Positions 27,757-38,037 of a stretch of DNA of 64,000 nucleotides are shown here, piece by piece. Under the pieces are notes generated by a model that searched no databases, had not been told where the DNA came from, and saw only the letters and a program-made list of their open reading frames with translations. Position 1 is the first letter of the stretch; each line of letters opens with the position of its first letter. This DNA is from a virus (Duplodnaviria > Heunggongvirae > Uroviricota > Caudoviricetes): IMG/VR virus record IMGVR_UViG_3300042554_002914. One strand, given 5' to 3'. The position numbers were made by a program, and so were the translations under genes.

Positions 27757-27901
27757 CTATTCCCCTAACTTCAGCAACAAACTCTAGGCAAGTTACTCTT
27801 TCAGGACAGGTAAAGCAGTCGTTCTCTGCAATTTCCTGAAAAGATTTGGTTCGGCCCGGACTGTAACATTCTGGCTTTTTGGGGGCTTGAAATTCCATCA
27901 A
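27629..27901 (-). CDS. Hypothetical protein
   Basis: Start overlaps HD gene stop; CFTC motif. Confidence 0.45.
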   Translation of the reverse strand: MMEFQAPKKPECYSPGRTKSFQEIAENDCFTCPERVTCLEFVAEVRGIDATDASTSHRPPPLPHRPNHCVGCFNGLSLRKFLRGRLFSLC

Positions 27902-28380
27902 AATTCACCTCCGTCAATATCCTGTAGTCTAGCCATAATCTCCATGTAGAAAACATGGTACTTCGCCATTCGAGCAATATCCTTCTCGGTTACACCTTTG
28001 AGGCGGCGCACATCGGTGTTATGTCGGAGATCGCAGAGTTTCACCCTCATTGCATCCTCATTGGCAAAGACTCGGTGCTTGTATTCATCGTAGGTTTCCC
28101 CCGGAAGCTTAGTAAGGGCGCGGATGCCTTCGATTACCCGATGGGTGAATCCTTGCTCCCGGAGATCCGCATACGTCACCTTGGTATCTTCGATAATGTC
28201 GTGACCAAGCGCAATGCACTGGAGGTCTTCGTCGTCTGATTTTAGGAAATACATTACCTTCAGCGGGTGAAGGATATAAGGCTTTCCACCTTTGTCATAC
28301 TGTCCAGCGTGGGCATTGGTTGCCAGAACCAGCATCTTGTTTAGCTGTTCGCCTTTTTGCATTTTGCTCGGGGTTTGCAT
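27898..28380 (-). CDS. RelA/SpoT-type HD-domain hydrolase (small alarmone hydrolase-like)
   Basis: AHAGQYDKGGKPYILHP, GHDIIEDT, RVKLCDLRHN. Confidence 0.85.
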   Translation of the reverse strand: MQTPSKMQKGEQLNKMLVLATNAHAGQYDKGGKPYILHPLKVMYFLKSDDEDLQCIALGHDIIEDTKVTYADLREQGFTHRVIEGIRALTKLPGETYDEYKHRVFANEDAMRVKLCDLRHNTDVRRLKGVTEKDIARMAKYHVFYMEIMARLQDIDGGEF

Positions 28381-28461
28381 TTTTATGGTTGGGTCTCAGT
28401 GTATTATAGGGTGTTCCTGTCCGGGTGTATAGGGTGGTTTACCGGCCCTGGGCCATTCGGG

Positions 28462-28839
28462 TTAGTTAGCCTGGGTGGAAGACTTCTTATTGACCTGGTC
28501 CCTCATAAGCATAATGCGGCCACACTCTTCATCGGTGAGTCCAATTTTGAGACTCTTCAGATCGTAGGTGGTCCGAATGTTTTTCAAGACTCGGCTCAAT
28601 GCCCAGGCGAAATCAGCTTCGGAGTACTCTTGGGTTCGATGAGGGATCCATTCTTTGGTTCGTCTCCAGGGCCAAGTCCTACCTAGTTTGGTACAATCGT
28701 CCCTATAGTGGCTCACATGCCGATAGTCCAGATGTTGATAGCCATCCTTGTCTTCGCCTAATAAAATTTCAATACACCCGTCAGGGTCCATGTCATCGAA
28801 GTCAGGGAGATGGGGTGGTTGGTTGAAGGGGGTTGTCAT
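28462..28839 (-). CDS. Hypothetical protein
   Basis: 125-aa ORF. Confidence 0.65.
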   Translation of the reverse strand: MTTPFNQPPHLPDFDDMDPDGCIEILLGEDKDGYQHLDYRHVSHYRDDCTKLGRTWPWRRTKEWIPHRTQEYSEADFAWALSRVLKNIRTTYDLKSLKIGLTDEECGRIMLMRDQVNKKSSTQAN

Positions 28840-29412
28840 TTACTTAAAGTGTGAATTTATAATAGGGTTGTTAGATCCGTTATCGAAATCATCTGTTGGC
28901 TCATGGAATTCGCTCATACCGGTAGTACTTAGGCAAATACCCTCAACCCACTTGTATGTAATGACTTCCTCAAGCTCTTCTAGGGAATCAACTTGTTCGA
29001 CGCCATAACGTTCGCAAACAATGTCAACGTTTCCCTTTCGGTGGAATCCTTCAGGGCAGCATACGATCAGCTTGTTGCCCCCATTGGCAGCGTAAATCCC
29101 AAGCTCCAATAACGAGATCGGACTCATGGTGCCTGGTGCCAAATACATAACGACCAGATTCGCCTGAGCCAGGGCATCAAGTTCCCATTCCACTTGTTCA
29201 CGGAACTGGGGATTATCAGCGCTTTGCACCCATGTTGGGTCCCAGTTGTCGCGGCGAGGATTGTAAATGTTAATGTCAAGATGTGCCAACTGATTTTCTA
29301 CATCTGCCTGCCAGTCAGGGGCAGCACCCATTTCGATGGATCCAGCGAGGAAGACGCTGTAGCCCTGCCATTTTGGCGGGAGTGGTGCGGGGGGTTTGTA
29401 TGTGGTTGCCAT
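28840..29412 (-). CDS. Nucleoside 2-deoxyribosyltransferase-like protein
   Basis: VFLAGSI..WQ..YNPRR..QVEWE..SPISLLELG..RKGNV. Confidence 0.85.
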   Translation of the reverse strand: MATTYKPPAPLPPKWQGYSVFLAGSIEMGAAPDWQADVENQLAHLDINIYNPRRDNWDPTWVQSADNPQFREQVEWELDALAQANLVVMYLAPGTMSPISLLELGIYAANGGNKLIVCCPEGFHRKGNVDIVCERYGVEQVDSLEELEEVITYKWVEGICLSTTGMSEFHEPTDDFDNGSNNPIINSHFK

Positions 29413-29419
29413 TTTTAGC

Positions 29420-29716
29420 TTAAGGGTAAATCTTGTGGAGCCATGAGACATTTAATTTAAGGGAGTTAGGGGAACTATCGCTGTCTACATAAACTTCGTA
29501 CCCGTCGTTGGTAAGGTACTTGTAAACTATTTCCTTCGCGTTTTCGCCCAAGTAGGATAAAGGAATGGTGATGGAAAATTCATTTTCTTGGGCCGCTTCT
29601 CGAATCTTAGTATAGTACTCTTCCAGCAGGCTGATGACGCTAGTTAAATCACTCTCTCTGAAAGAGATATCAAAGGCACTTTGGGCGGTGATTCGGTTTG
29701 GGATTTGTAGTTGCAT
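29420..29716 (-). CDS. Hypothetical protein
   Basis: 98-aa ORF. Confidence 0.65.
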   Translation of the reverse strand: MQLQIPNRITAQSAFDISFRESDLTSVISLLEEYYTKIREAAQENEFSITIPLSYLGENAKEIVYKYLTNDGYEVYVDSDSSPNSLKLNVSWLHKIYP

Positions 29717-29857
29717 TTTGGTTTTTGGATTTTGGTTTCGGATTTGTTCCCGGGGATCAGGATGTTAGAGTCATGCAGCTAGGCCATTAGGGATGAATTG
29801 TTGTAGCCCCCAATGGCAATATAGCCCCTTAAGCATTGTATAGGGCAAAAGCCAAAC

Positions 29858-30505
29858 CTACATCCCCTCGGCCGTGTTTACACTAAGGTCTACATTAGGG
29901 ACAGCACCATGGACAGCACCACTAGGGACATTAGCAGCTATCGACACAGCAAATGGCCTCGGGACATTAACACGCGGGGCAATACGTTCCCCAGTAACTG
30001 CAGCTTGTTGTGGTGCGGATGGGGTCATTGCCACGGTCGTAGGAATCGATGGCAATTGGGTGGGGGGTTGATATGGCTGATATGGTTGATATGGCTGATA
30101 CGACCCCGATGTTGGCGCAGCCTGGGAACCAATCGTATGCTGAGCATGTAGGGGATTAAATTCAGGTAGCGGGGCCGGAGTTGAACCCGGCGGGGAAATA
30201 CTGATGATTAGTTCATTTAGACAATCCGAGTATGGGGGCATTGCTCCCGTCGCTATGATGCGTTGGTTTAGGTTCTCCCGGCGGTTGTTAACCCAATCAG
30301 CAACTAAAGCCGAAATCCGATCAGCCCAAAACTGTGCCTCTTCCTTGCCATTATCCTCGTCAATGAATGCCGCATAGATGGCCCCCCATAGGGAATCTGA
30401 TCGTCTACGTTCCCTTTCTAGTTCCCCCATTAGGAATGCAACTTGTTCTTCTAGTTGGGAAATTCGGTCCTTGCTGTTTGGTTCGATTGATGGGGGTTCA
30501 GTCAT
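29858..30505 (-). CDS. Hypothetical protein (coiled coil plus Pro/Gln-rich tail)
   Basis: YQP x4 repeat. Confidence 0.7.
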   Translation of the reverse strand: MTEPPSIEPNSKDRISQLEEQVAFLMGELERERRRSDSLWGAIYAAFIDEDNGKEEAQFWADRISALVADWVNNRRENLNQRIIATGAMPPYSDCLNELIISISPPGSTPAPLPEFNPLHAQHTIGSQAAPTSGSYQPYQPYQPYQPPTQLPSIPTTVAMTPSAPQQAAVTGERIAPRVNVPRPFAVSIAANVPSGAVHGAVPNVDLSVNTAEGM

Positions 30506-30568
30506 TTTGGGTTGGTGGTTGGTGGTTGGTGGAGTGGTGGTTGGGCCATTGATGGTTATAGACAGTAA

Positions 30569-31438
30569 CTATCGTGTTGTTTCGCCGTAGTCATCGCCGT
30601 AGTCGTCGGTGGCATGATATAACTCGGTGGTAGCATGGGACCAACTTAACTGATCATGGGACCCATTGGCATCATCTAAAAGGCTACAAAATACAATTTG
30701 CCGCCATCTTGATACTAGCATATCTGCGTATTGCTGTCGGGTAGGGGGGTTAGATTGGGGGTCGTTATTTTCGTACAGACCCAATGCCCAGGCATCGTTA
30801 AGCTCGACTAGGCAATACCTGCCTAAATCACACCTCCATCCGATGTCCACCGTATATGCCCCTGGGGCACCATTGCCTTCCAATTCTTTCATTATGGCTT
30901 CGACCAACCCGAAGTCGGGTTCAGGGCATTGCATGTTTGAATCATCGTATCGAGACCAACCCTGGACTTTACCACCACCTACGAAGTCTTGAACATAGAA
31001 GCGAAACTCAGCCCCAAATGGTACGGCTTCAGAAATCCAAACTGGGGTGTCATTCGGTATGGAATCCGATGTCCCCATATCAAGGTGCCCCTTCACATTT
31101 CCAGTAAATGACTTTATCTCAATGGGTTTGATGAAATCGGTTAGGGTCGCCTCACCATAGGTGCCCCTTCGAATAGTTCTCATTAGGAATTTGTCCAGAT
31201 CACCATCGCAAATCCCATAGGAAAAATCATCAGGTAGCCGGATACCGACGTGGTCACCATATGCCTTGACAAACTCAACTGAGCCAACTGGGATATATCG
31301 GATTTTTGCTTCTTGGGGGTCTAACTTTGTTAGTTCCGCCAATGAGCAATACCTGATAGGGTAACATGAAAAGCTGCAGGCTATTTTTTCTGTCGGTAGT
31401 GGCCCACCGGCTTGGAGTAGGAATGTTGGGTTTTTCAT
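30569..31438 (-). CDS. ATP-grasp domain protein (DUF4343/R2K-like)
   Basis: PVGSVEFV, FIKP..KSFTG, EFRFYV, YTVDIG, LVELNDAWALGLY. Confidence 0.82.
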   Translation of the reverse strand: MKNPTFLLQAGGPLPTEKIACSFSCYPIRYCSLAELTKLDPQEAKIRYIPVGSVEFVKAYGDHVGIRLPDDFSYGICDGDLDKFLMRTIRRGTYGEATLTDFIKPIEIKSFTGNVKGHLDMGTSDSIPNDTPVWISEAVPFGAEFRFYVQDFVGGGKVQGWSRYDDSNMQCPEPDFGLVEAIMKELEGNGAPGAYTVDIGWRCDLGRYCLVELNDAWALGLYENNDPQSNPPTRQQYADMLVSRWRQIVFCSLLDDANGSHDQLSWSHATTELYHATDDYGDDYGETTR

Positions 31439-31557
31439 TGCGGTTTGGGGCTGGTTATAAGGTTATTCTAGCAGGGTTAGTCCCGGTTGTCAATGCTGAC
31501 GGGGTCACATCGGAAATAAAATTGTGAGGCCAAGAAACTCTTAGTGTACACATGGTA

Positions 31558-31836
31558 TCACCTTTTTTTTACAGTTTTTTCTGAGACTTCGAAACCAAAC
31601 TCTTTAAGTAGTTTCAAAGCAGTAGTCATAGATGGTTTTCTTATGGATGGGTCTCTTTTGTCCACAACACAGTAGATAGTAATTTCTACGGAACTGTCAT
31701 GCCTGTGGTGGGCTTCTTTAACCAGGGTCCCAATATGTGAAAGAATTGAGCCCATCTCTTTCAAGCCCGCCAAAGACCAATACCCAATACTTCCAAGTTC
31801 TCTATAAGGGTCGATGTAGTTTGATGTGATTGCCAT
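31558..31836 (-). CDS. Hypothetical protein
   Basis: 92-aa ORF. Confidence 0.6.
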   Translation of the reverse strand: MAITSNYIDPYRELGSIGYWSLAGLKEMGSILSHIGTLVKEAHHRHDSSVEITIYCVVDKRDPSIRKPSMTTALKLLKEFGFEVSEKTVKKR

Positions 31837-32102
31837 GTTGTTTATAGGGATGTTGAGGCCATAGGGTGGATAATACGAACATTATGCTTCGGGGTATGCC
31901 AACTCGTTATCATCGGAAACTAAAGACAACCAAATCGGCTTCACTTCACTAAAGAGGCTATTACTGGCTTCGATATTGCCTTCCAATAGCGACAAATACG
32001 AATCCATTACCTTCTGGGAATACGCCTGCATTTTTTCTGCGTGATTCATGGGTGGGAGAGTATACTTAGCTGTAAGGAAGTTAAAAGTAATGACTTATGG
32101 GG

Positions 32103-32297
32103 TCAATCGTCACTAAAGATTGCAAAATCATACTGCTCTTTGCCATCGATATGCGCCATAAGCAAATCAATTACTGCTTGTAGGGACTCAGGGTTGGCAT
32201 ATGGCCCCGATGATCCGGGGGTTGCATTGTACGCATCAACTAAGTCCCTACCAAGTTCGGTCAGGGGGCGAGTTTGTTTTGCTTTGAAGTGTGTCAT
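32103..32297 (-). CDS. Hypothetical protein
   Basis: 64-aa ORF. Confidence 0.55.
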   Translation of the reverse strand: MTHFKAKQTRPLTELGRDLVDAYNATPGSSGPYANPESLQAVIDLLMAHIDGKEQYDFAIFSDD

Positions 32298-32416
32298 TTT
32301 GCTAGTTGCTGTCGGTCATGTGTCATTTTGCCATTTGCGATATACTAATTGCTAGTTGCCATTTGCCAGTTGCCAGTTGCCAGTTGCCAGTTGCCCAATA
32401 ACGAATTACCCGCACG

Positions 32417-32980
32417 TCAAGCATTGGCCCTCAGCATGTTGCAAAAAATACGGCCCTGTTCAATGGCATCATCAAGGGCTATATGGGTATGCTTAGACTT
32501 TGGGGGGAACCACGCCTTTGGATAATTACGTTTTGTTGATTGCCGGTACGGTCTCTTCAAGAGAGCCATAGCATATGTCTTGCCATCTAGGGCAGAGAAG
32601 CTAAATGGGGATTCCCCTGCGAATTTAATCATATACCAATACACGAACATAAAGTCAAAGCCTGCAGGAAACGCAACAAATACCGGTTTGCCAGTACCTG
32701 AAAGTTCCTTTACCCACTTAATATAAGCAACTAAGGCATCAGCTGGGTCCTGCACATTTTCCCGGCACGCCGCCCAAGCCCCAGGTTGAGACTTCCACCA
32801 TTCGGCAGTTTTGGGATCTGGTTTTGCCTCCGGCAATGTTTTTAAGTTAGCACTGAATGTCCCCAACAAAACACCATCCGAACTAAAAGCAGCTGACCCC
32901 AAAGATAACATACTGTGTGGGCCCGGGATTGGCCCGTCAGTTTCTATGTCAGTTGAGAAGTAGATTTCGTGGTTTGTCAT
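32417..32980 (-). CDS. DEDDh 3'-5' exonuclease (Rv2179c/RNase AS-like)
   Basis: [27 protein letters not shown]. Confidence 0.85.
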   Translation of the reverse strand: MTNHEIYFSTDIETDGPIPGPHSMLSLGSAAFSSDGVLLGTFSANLKTLPEAKPDPKTAEWWKSQPGAWAACRENVQDPADALVAYIKWVKELSGTGKPVFVAFPAGFDFMFVYWYMIKFAGESPFSFSALDGKTYAMALLKRPYRQSTKRNYPKAWFPPKSKHTHIALDDAIEQGRIFCNMLRANA

Positions 32981-33040
32981 GGGTCGAGTCAGGTGTTTAC
33001 CGTGGGTGATATAGATGGTGTAGATAACCCCAAATAGCAA

Positions 33041-33352
33041 TTAGCGAGGCAAAATAAGGCGGGACTCTGGTTCGTCTTCGACTCGGATAGCCTCCTTGAC
33101 GGTTAGATCATTGGTCCCCTCAATCCGAGTGAATGATAAGGCATAGTTTCCTTCTTCAGCTTGGGATGCCAGCGAATAAAGACCGAGGGAGCGCATGAAT
33201 AGTTCGTCTTGGGTTAGCCCCTCTCGTTCTGACAGCGAATTAAAAGCTTCGGCAAAGTTGGTTGGTAAATTGATTGTGACTTCGGTATGTTGTGGTTGCT
33301 GTGGTTGCTTTGAGTTTTCTGCCGAATAGTCAGGTGGTTCTACAGTTGTCAT
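33041..33352 (-). CDS. RHH-like hypothetical protein
   Basis: VTINLP..FAEAF..LSEREGLTQDELFMRSLGLY, similar to 27218..27559. Confidence 0.55.
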   Translation of the reverse strand: MTTVEPPDYSAENSKQPQQPQHTEVTINLPTNFAEAFNSLSEREGLTQDELFMRSLGLYSLASQAEEGNYALSFTRIEGTNDLTVKEAIRVEDEPESRLILPR

Positions 33353-33493
33353 TTGCTATTTGCGATTTGCGAATGGGTGTTGTTGTTGCCTAGGGTTGTT
33401 GTTGCGATGCGTTAAGGACTTTTTCGTTGGCCCTATCAATGTAACTAAGCGTGATTGCCGTTAGCATAGGGTCAAGTTTCGGCGTGCGACCAC

Positions 33494-33910
33494 TCATTTC
33501 AGGCACGCAATGTCACGAAACGTTTTAGGTCCTGCTTTGGTATCCCCGGCGTTGGCTATTGCTTCGGTCTTAGTTACCGCTGACTCCACGGCTTTTGAGA
33601 TTGACTGCGTTATAATGGTGGTTAGTTCTGCGTGGGTCAAAGATGTCGAGTCGGAAAATTTGATGGTAGGTTCGATAACAACCGGTGCGGCAACAACCGG
33701 TGCGGCAACAACTTGTTGGACAGATGCAGCCTTCATTGCGCGGATAGCATCGAGAGCAGTATTATGATCGGTGGCACCTAAGCACTCCAAAAGTTCATCA
33801 TAGTTCGTCTGAATCTCCTCAGCCTCATCCCACATATCGCGAACCCGCCCCATTAAGTCAAAGTTTGCATTCTCAATACCCTGAAGAATCGAATCAAAAT
33901 TAACGGTCAT
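33494..33910 (-). CDS. Hypothetical protein
   Basis: Start MTVNFDS after an A13 run. Confidence 0.65.
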   Translation of the reverse strand: MTVNFDSILQGIENANFDLMGRVRDMWDEAEEIQTNYDELLECLGATDHNTALDAIRAMKAASVQQVVAAPVVAAPVVIEPTIKFSDSTSLTHAELTTIITQSISKAVESAVTKTEAIANAGDTKAGPKTFRDIACLK

Positions 33911-33974
33911 TTTTTTTTTTTTGAGAAAGTTATTGTCGTTACCATTACCATTGTAACTACTCCCCCCTACAAAG

Positions 33975-34529
33975 TCAAGGTTCGGTTTCCACCCGGCAAA
34001 CAATCAGTCGCTTGCCCCTAACTACGATGATAGATGCCCGATCTGATTTTACCAGGTCCCTAAACCATTCTTTGACCCTTACTGTTGGTAGCTGATGAGT
34101 TTTCGCGAATGTGGTTGCATTTACCCGGTGCGGTAACCCGAAGATACCTTCAAACATAGCAGGCAAACCTTTTGCGTTGACTCTAAATAGATATTCAGGT
34201 TGCTGTATGCCTAGCACAGAGTTGTAATATCGGATGGTGCCTGGTTTTAGGTTAGGGTTCTTTAAACCTAGTCTAGCCCGGATGAGTTCAGGATATGTCG
34301 CCACTTTGGTTCTGCGGGGGCCTGGCCTAAACATTCCTCCACCACGATGGAACCTAACCACATATTCATTTTCAACCAACCAATTTAATGCACAGGGCGT
34401 ATACCCATTGAATTTACCAATTTGATTGGCATTCAGGGTGGAGTCTGCCAATGGTGATCTAACCCATTCGAGTAATAGCGCTAGGGGGGCTAAGGGGGCC
34501 TCTGTTATTTTCGGGCCGTCCTGCCCCAT
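33975..34529 (-). CDS. Hypothetical basic protein
   Basis: 184-aa ORF. Confidence 0.65.
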   Translation of the reverse strand: MGQDGPKITEAPLAPLALLLEWVRSPLADSTLNANQIGKFNGYTPCALNWLVENEYVVRFHRGGGMFRPGPRRTKVATYPELIRARLGLKNPNLKPGTIRYYNSVLGIQQPEYLFRVNAKGLPAMFEGIFGLPHRVNATTFAKTHQLPTVRVKEWFRDLVKSDRASIIVVRGKRLIVCRVETEP

Positions 34530-34668
34530 GCTGCTTGTTTGCCGTGCAATTAGGGTTTACCCCCTTTGCCTTTGGTGTTGCCGCCGGGATTAAGCACCGC
34601 CGGTTAAGCTTCTTACTAAGAATCAGTTACAAGCCTTTCGAAGCAGACTTTATAGCTGTCAGGTTTAA

Positions 34669-35382
34669 TTACCTTGGGGGGGCACTGACCGCATCCACCG
34701 CAGCAACAAAGTTGGCTATAGACTCTTTGCAATACTCAGTTACCCTGCCGATATCGCAACACCCATCGATCGTTACATGTGGATACTCCTTAATAAAAGG
34801 TAACTTACTTGCATTGTCGTAACCTTCAATAACCCTATCCATAAATGGTCTCCCTTGGGACTCGAACCGATCTTTGACATCGGATTTCCTACCATGTTCT
34901 TGTCTCAATTGCTTATTCCTCCTTTCCACCCTCAATGCAGCTTCATCGGCAGGGACATCAAAGTAAATCTCAAAGTCCGGATAAAACAAACCGCACGCAA
35001 GTTCATGTGCTTGCTTAACGGCTTGCCACCCTAAGGCTCTACCCCACCCTTGGTATGCCATGGTGCTGGTATAGAATCGGTCGCATAATACCCAGTTACC
35101 TCTTTCAAGTTCGGGCTTAATTACAGTCTCCACATGTTGGGCTCTATCAGCCATCATCAATAGGAGTTCGGCCCTTGGGGTTAATGCGGTGGCAGGATCC
35201 TTTAGCAAAGCCCTAATAGCAGGCAAACAACCCGGCGCATGAGTCTCTACAACCTGTGCCCCCTCTGGCAATAAACCACTTGACCATAGCCAATCAGCGA
35301 TAGTTGCTAGTTGAGTTGTCTTTCCGCACCCGTCTATACCTTCGAAGGTTATGAATTTGCCTTTCTTTGCTTTAGTTTTCAT
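34669..35382 (-). CDS. tmk: Thymidylate kinase
   Basis: FITFEGIDGCGKTTQ, ADRAQH, CDRFYTSTMAYQG, DRFE. Confidence 0.95.
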   Translation of the reverse strand: MKTKAKKGKFITFEGIDGCGKTTQLATIADWLWSSGLLPEGAQVVETHAPGCLPAIRALLKDPATALTPRAELLLMMADRAQHVETVIKPELERGNWVLCDRFYTSTMAYQGWGRALGWQAVKQAHELACGLFYPDFEIYFDVPADEAALRVERRNKQLRQEHGRKSDVKDRFESQGRPFMDRVIEGYDNASKLPFIKEYPHVTIDGCCDIGRVTEYCKESIANFVAAVDAVSAPPR

Positions 35383-36316
35383 TTTTGTCTCCGTATAGGT
35401 TAAATAGTTGTTCTGCTAGCATTAAAAACCTTTCGCTATCTTGTAGCCCATCAATGAATTTTCGGGGTATGCCAGAAAGACCATAATACGCTCCGGCAAT
35501 TTGACCCGCTACAGCACCTACGCTATCGGTGTCGCCGCCTAGATTGACTGCAGTTAATACACATTCTTTGAAGGTCTCAGTATTGAAGAAACAATACATG
35601 GCCGCACATAGGGTGTCCGTTGAAAATCCGCTTATGTTATGCCACTGACTTTCATCGGATGTTGCCGCACTTGACAATTTATATAGTGTATCGCTACACA
35701 TAAAGGGGTCACGGGGGTCATCTTCGGTGCGCCCAGGTAGGGGAAAGTCACCTTCAACATGGTCCCCAGTAATATAAGCCCTTAGCATGATGCCCAAGAG
35801 ATTGGCACAAGTTAGTGCCGAGTTATGTCCGTGGGTTGTTAAGCTCGATAGTCTAGCAATTTCTTGAACCTTGTCGGTGTCCCTATGGTAAGCTATAGCA
35901 ACCGGGGCTAACCTCATTATGTTGCCGTTACCGCCTGAATTAGCATTTAGCGGCACCTTACCTGTACTTTCGTAATGCCATAAAGCATTAGCAGTTCCAA
36001 TGCCAATATCAAAGCATTCACCCGTGCTACTGTTATGACCATGCTGCTTCCAATTAACCATCCTATTTAGGAAGTCTTCTTGGCTAAACCCCCTATCCGA
36101 AAGAATAGAGTCCGCTAAGCATAAAGCCTGAGACGTATCATCAGTCCATTGCCCTGCTTTAAGGTTAAATGAACCACCATCTTGATAGTTGGTTACAGGT
36201 TTAAAAGTACCCCTATCACTGAATTCTACTGGCGCACCTAAGGCATCACCAATTGCGAGCCCGATAAAGCAGCCTTTAGCCCTGTCTAGCATTGGGTTAT
36301 TGAATTCGTTTATCAT
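35372..36316 (-). CDS. ADP-ribosylglycohydrolase (DraG/ARH family)
   Basis: GDALGAPVEF, WTDDT, GNGNIMR, GGDTDSVGAVAGQIAGA. Confidence 0.93.
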   Translation of the reverse strand: MINEFNNPMLDRAKGCFIGLAIGDALGAPVEFSDRGTFKPVTNYQDGGSFNLKAGQWTDDTSQALCLADSILSDRGFSQEDFLNRMVNWKQHGHNSSTGECFDIGIGTANALWHYESTGKVPLNANSGGNGNIMRLAPVAIAYHRDTDKVQEIARLSSLTTHGHNSALTCANLLGIMLRAYITGDHVEGDFPLPGRTEDDPRDPFMCSDTLYKLSSAATSDESQWHNISGFSTDTLCAAMYCFFNTETFKECVLTAVNLGGDTDSVGAVAGQIAGAYYGLSGIPRKFIDGLQDSERFLMLAEQLFNLYGDKNEN

Positions 36317-36346
36317 TGTTTGTTAGTTAGTGTTAGTTGGTGTCCA

Positions 36347-36685
36347 TCAGAGCCATTCCTTGGCTAGTTCTTTATAGCTGCCCATGTCCTTAAAGTCAAC
36401 CTCTCCCAGAATTTCAGACGACCCGTCACTGTAGAAGTTCACCATGATACACCTTTGGTAAGCACAACTGATGCTCCATGAACATTCCTTAAACTCTTCA
36501 GTTTCTTTTTCTGGGTACTTTTTGGTAAATCTACCATTATCACCCAGAACATTACAGTCTTCGTCACCCAAAAAATGCAAATTAGCTGCTTTTCTTAGGT
36601 TTCTCTGAGTTTTATCATTGAAGTTAAAGGAAATGGAGACGGGGAAGGTTCCCAATAGGGTTTTATTGCGGGTTTCAGATTGCAT
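36347..36685 (-). CDS. Hypothetical protein
   Basis: 112-aa ORF. Confidence 0.6.
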   Translation of the reverse strand: MQSETRNKTLLGTFPVSISFNFNDKTQRNLRKAANLHFLGDEDCNVLGDNGRFTKKYPEKETEEFKECSWSISCAYQRCIMVNFYSDGSSEILGEVDFKDMGSYKELAKEWL

Positions 36686-36688
36686 GTT

Positions 36689-36877
36689 TTATCGAGTGAT
36701 TGTCTTCAAATAGGCTTGATAACGCATAAATCTCCCGACCGATGGGTTAACACCTAGGCTCCGACAAACTTCGCAATACGACAAGAATTCATACCACGGG
36801 GTTGTAGGATCTAAGGCCTCTAGGGGTCTCCTGGCATCAGGGGCTTCTAATTTCAAAGCAGAGTTTGGTGCCAGCAT
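36689..36877 (-). CDS. Hypothetical protein
   Basis: DPTTPWYEFLSYCEVC motif. Confidence 0.65.
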   Translation of the reverse strand: MLAPNSALKLEAPDARRPLEALDPTTPWYEFLSYCEVCRSLGVNPSVGRFMRYQAYLKTITR

Positions 36878-37441
36878 CTACGGCAGAATACGGTGAACCC
36901 AAGCCCTTCCGACATCAGGTTGTACTTTCTCGGAGTAATAACGAATTGAATCCCGGCGGTTTGTGCCAACGACGCAAGAAGCATAGATGATGCGGTCGCT
37001 ATAAAACCCATCGAAGAAGTTTACCGATGGTTTATTATAGCTCCATGTGGGGCCATCAAATTCACTCCAAGGGTCCTTTACATTGAAAGCGTGCCCCTTA
37101 GAAGATGCTCCTGTGGTCTTCACTCCATCAAGAGCAATAACGTGACCACTATCAGTAAACCAACCATGAGTTATCAAAAACTCACCATTTTTCAGGTAGC
37201 CAACCATATCATTGATGGAAGCACTTTCGTCATAGATATACTTTTCCCCTTTGTAACGCCTAAGAATCTGCCCCATATTTGATGGGTGGCCTGCATCCCC
37301 AAGTTTCAAAAGCTGAGAGCGAATGCCATAGATGTCATTACTGCCGATTGCCATTGCGATGCAAGTTGCTTGACATGTGCTGCCATCGGGTTGGGATAGG
37401 TTTAAGGCTCGTACTTTAGTGCCCCATTCTGTTTGTGTCAT
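36878..37441 (-). CDS. C39-like papain-fold peptidase
   Basis: Q...CQATCIAM (Cys), SGHVI (His), VKDPW (Asp). Confidence 0.75.
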   Translation of the reverse strand: MTQTEWGTKVRALNLSQPDGSTCQATCIAMAIGSNDIYGIRSQLLKLGDAGHPSNMGQILRRYKGEKYIYDESASINDMVGYLKNGEFLITHGWFTDSGHVIALDGVKTTGASSKGHAFNVKDPWSEFDGPTWSYNKPSVNFFDGFYSDRIIYASCVVGTNRRDSIRYYSEKVQPDVGRAWVHRILP

Positions 37442-37510
37442 GTTGTAGTAATTATGTAATTGAGTTCTAGTCTATGGCTATTTATTTAATGGTGATTAGG
37501 ACAAAGGCCA

Positions 37511-37819
37511 TCAATCGTTCCTCAGCCATGGGGGTGCCTTAAAGAAGTTTGCCAGATCGTCTGGACTTTGGGGGCCAATTAGGTGCCGCTCGGGGTCAGA
37601 AAAGCCGAGATTCATGCTGTCAATGAGTTCATCCATGGATCCCGGCTCAGGCTTTCCCGATATTGCTCTCCGCCTTGCTTTTTCCAGAATTTCATAAGCA
37701 TGGCGGTTGTGAGTTGCCCACTTCTGTATAAATGACGCCTCTTCAAATGAAACTTCGTCGCCAGTTGCAATCCTAGCCGCTATATCTTCGAGTCGTAGCC
37801 TAGTTTGAGCTGATATCAT
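37511..37819 (-). CDS. Cyanophage-type hypothetical protein
   Basis: RLRLEDIAARIATGDEVS...ARRRA...GSMDE. Confidence 0.7.
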   Translation of the reverse strand: MISAQTRLRLEDIAARIATGDEVSFEEASFIQKWATHNRHAYEILEKARRRAISGKPEPGSMDELIDSMNLGFSDPERHLIGPQSPDDLANFFKAPPWLRND

Positions 37820-37848
37820 AATAGGGGGGGAGTTTTGTTACTAAAGCA

Positions 37849-38037
37849 CTAGTCAGCTAGGGGGCGATCACCTTTGCCTACCAGGGACTTTACCATGAGT
37901 TCAGTAAATCGCTCTTGCCTGCTAGGGCAAACTGACTGGGGGTAGCCGTCAATTGCTTTTTTCAAGGTAGCAAGCTCTTGCCATTCTGCCAGGCTAATGG
38001 GGGCTGGGCCAATGGGTGCAACTTGTTGTGAGTTCAT
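37849..38037 (-). CDS. Hypothetical protein
   Basis: EWQELATLKKAI..PQSV.P..ERFTELMVKSL; start by ATGA overlap. Confidence 0.65.
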   Translation of the reverse strand: MNSQQVAPIGPAPISLAEWQELATLKKAIDGYPQSVCPSRQERFTELMVKSLVGKGDRPLAD

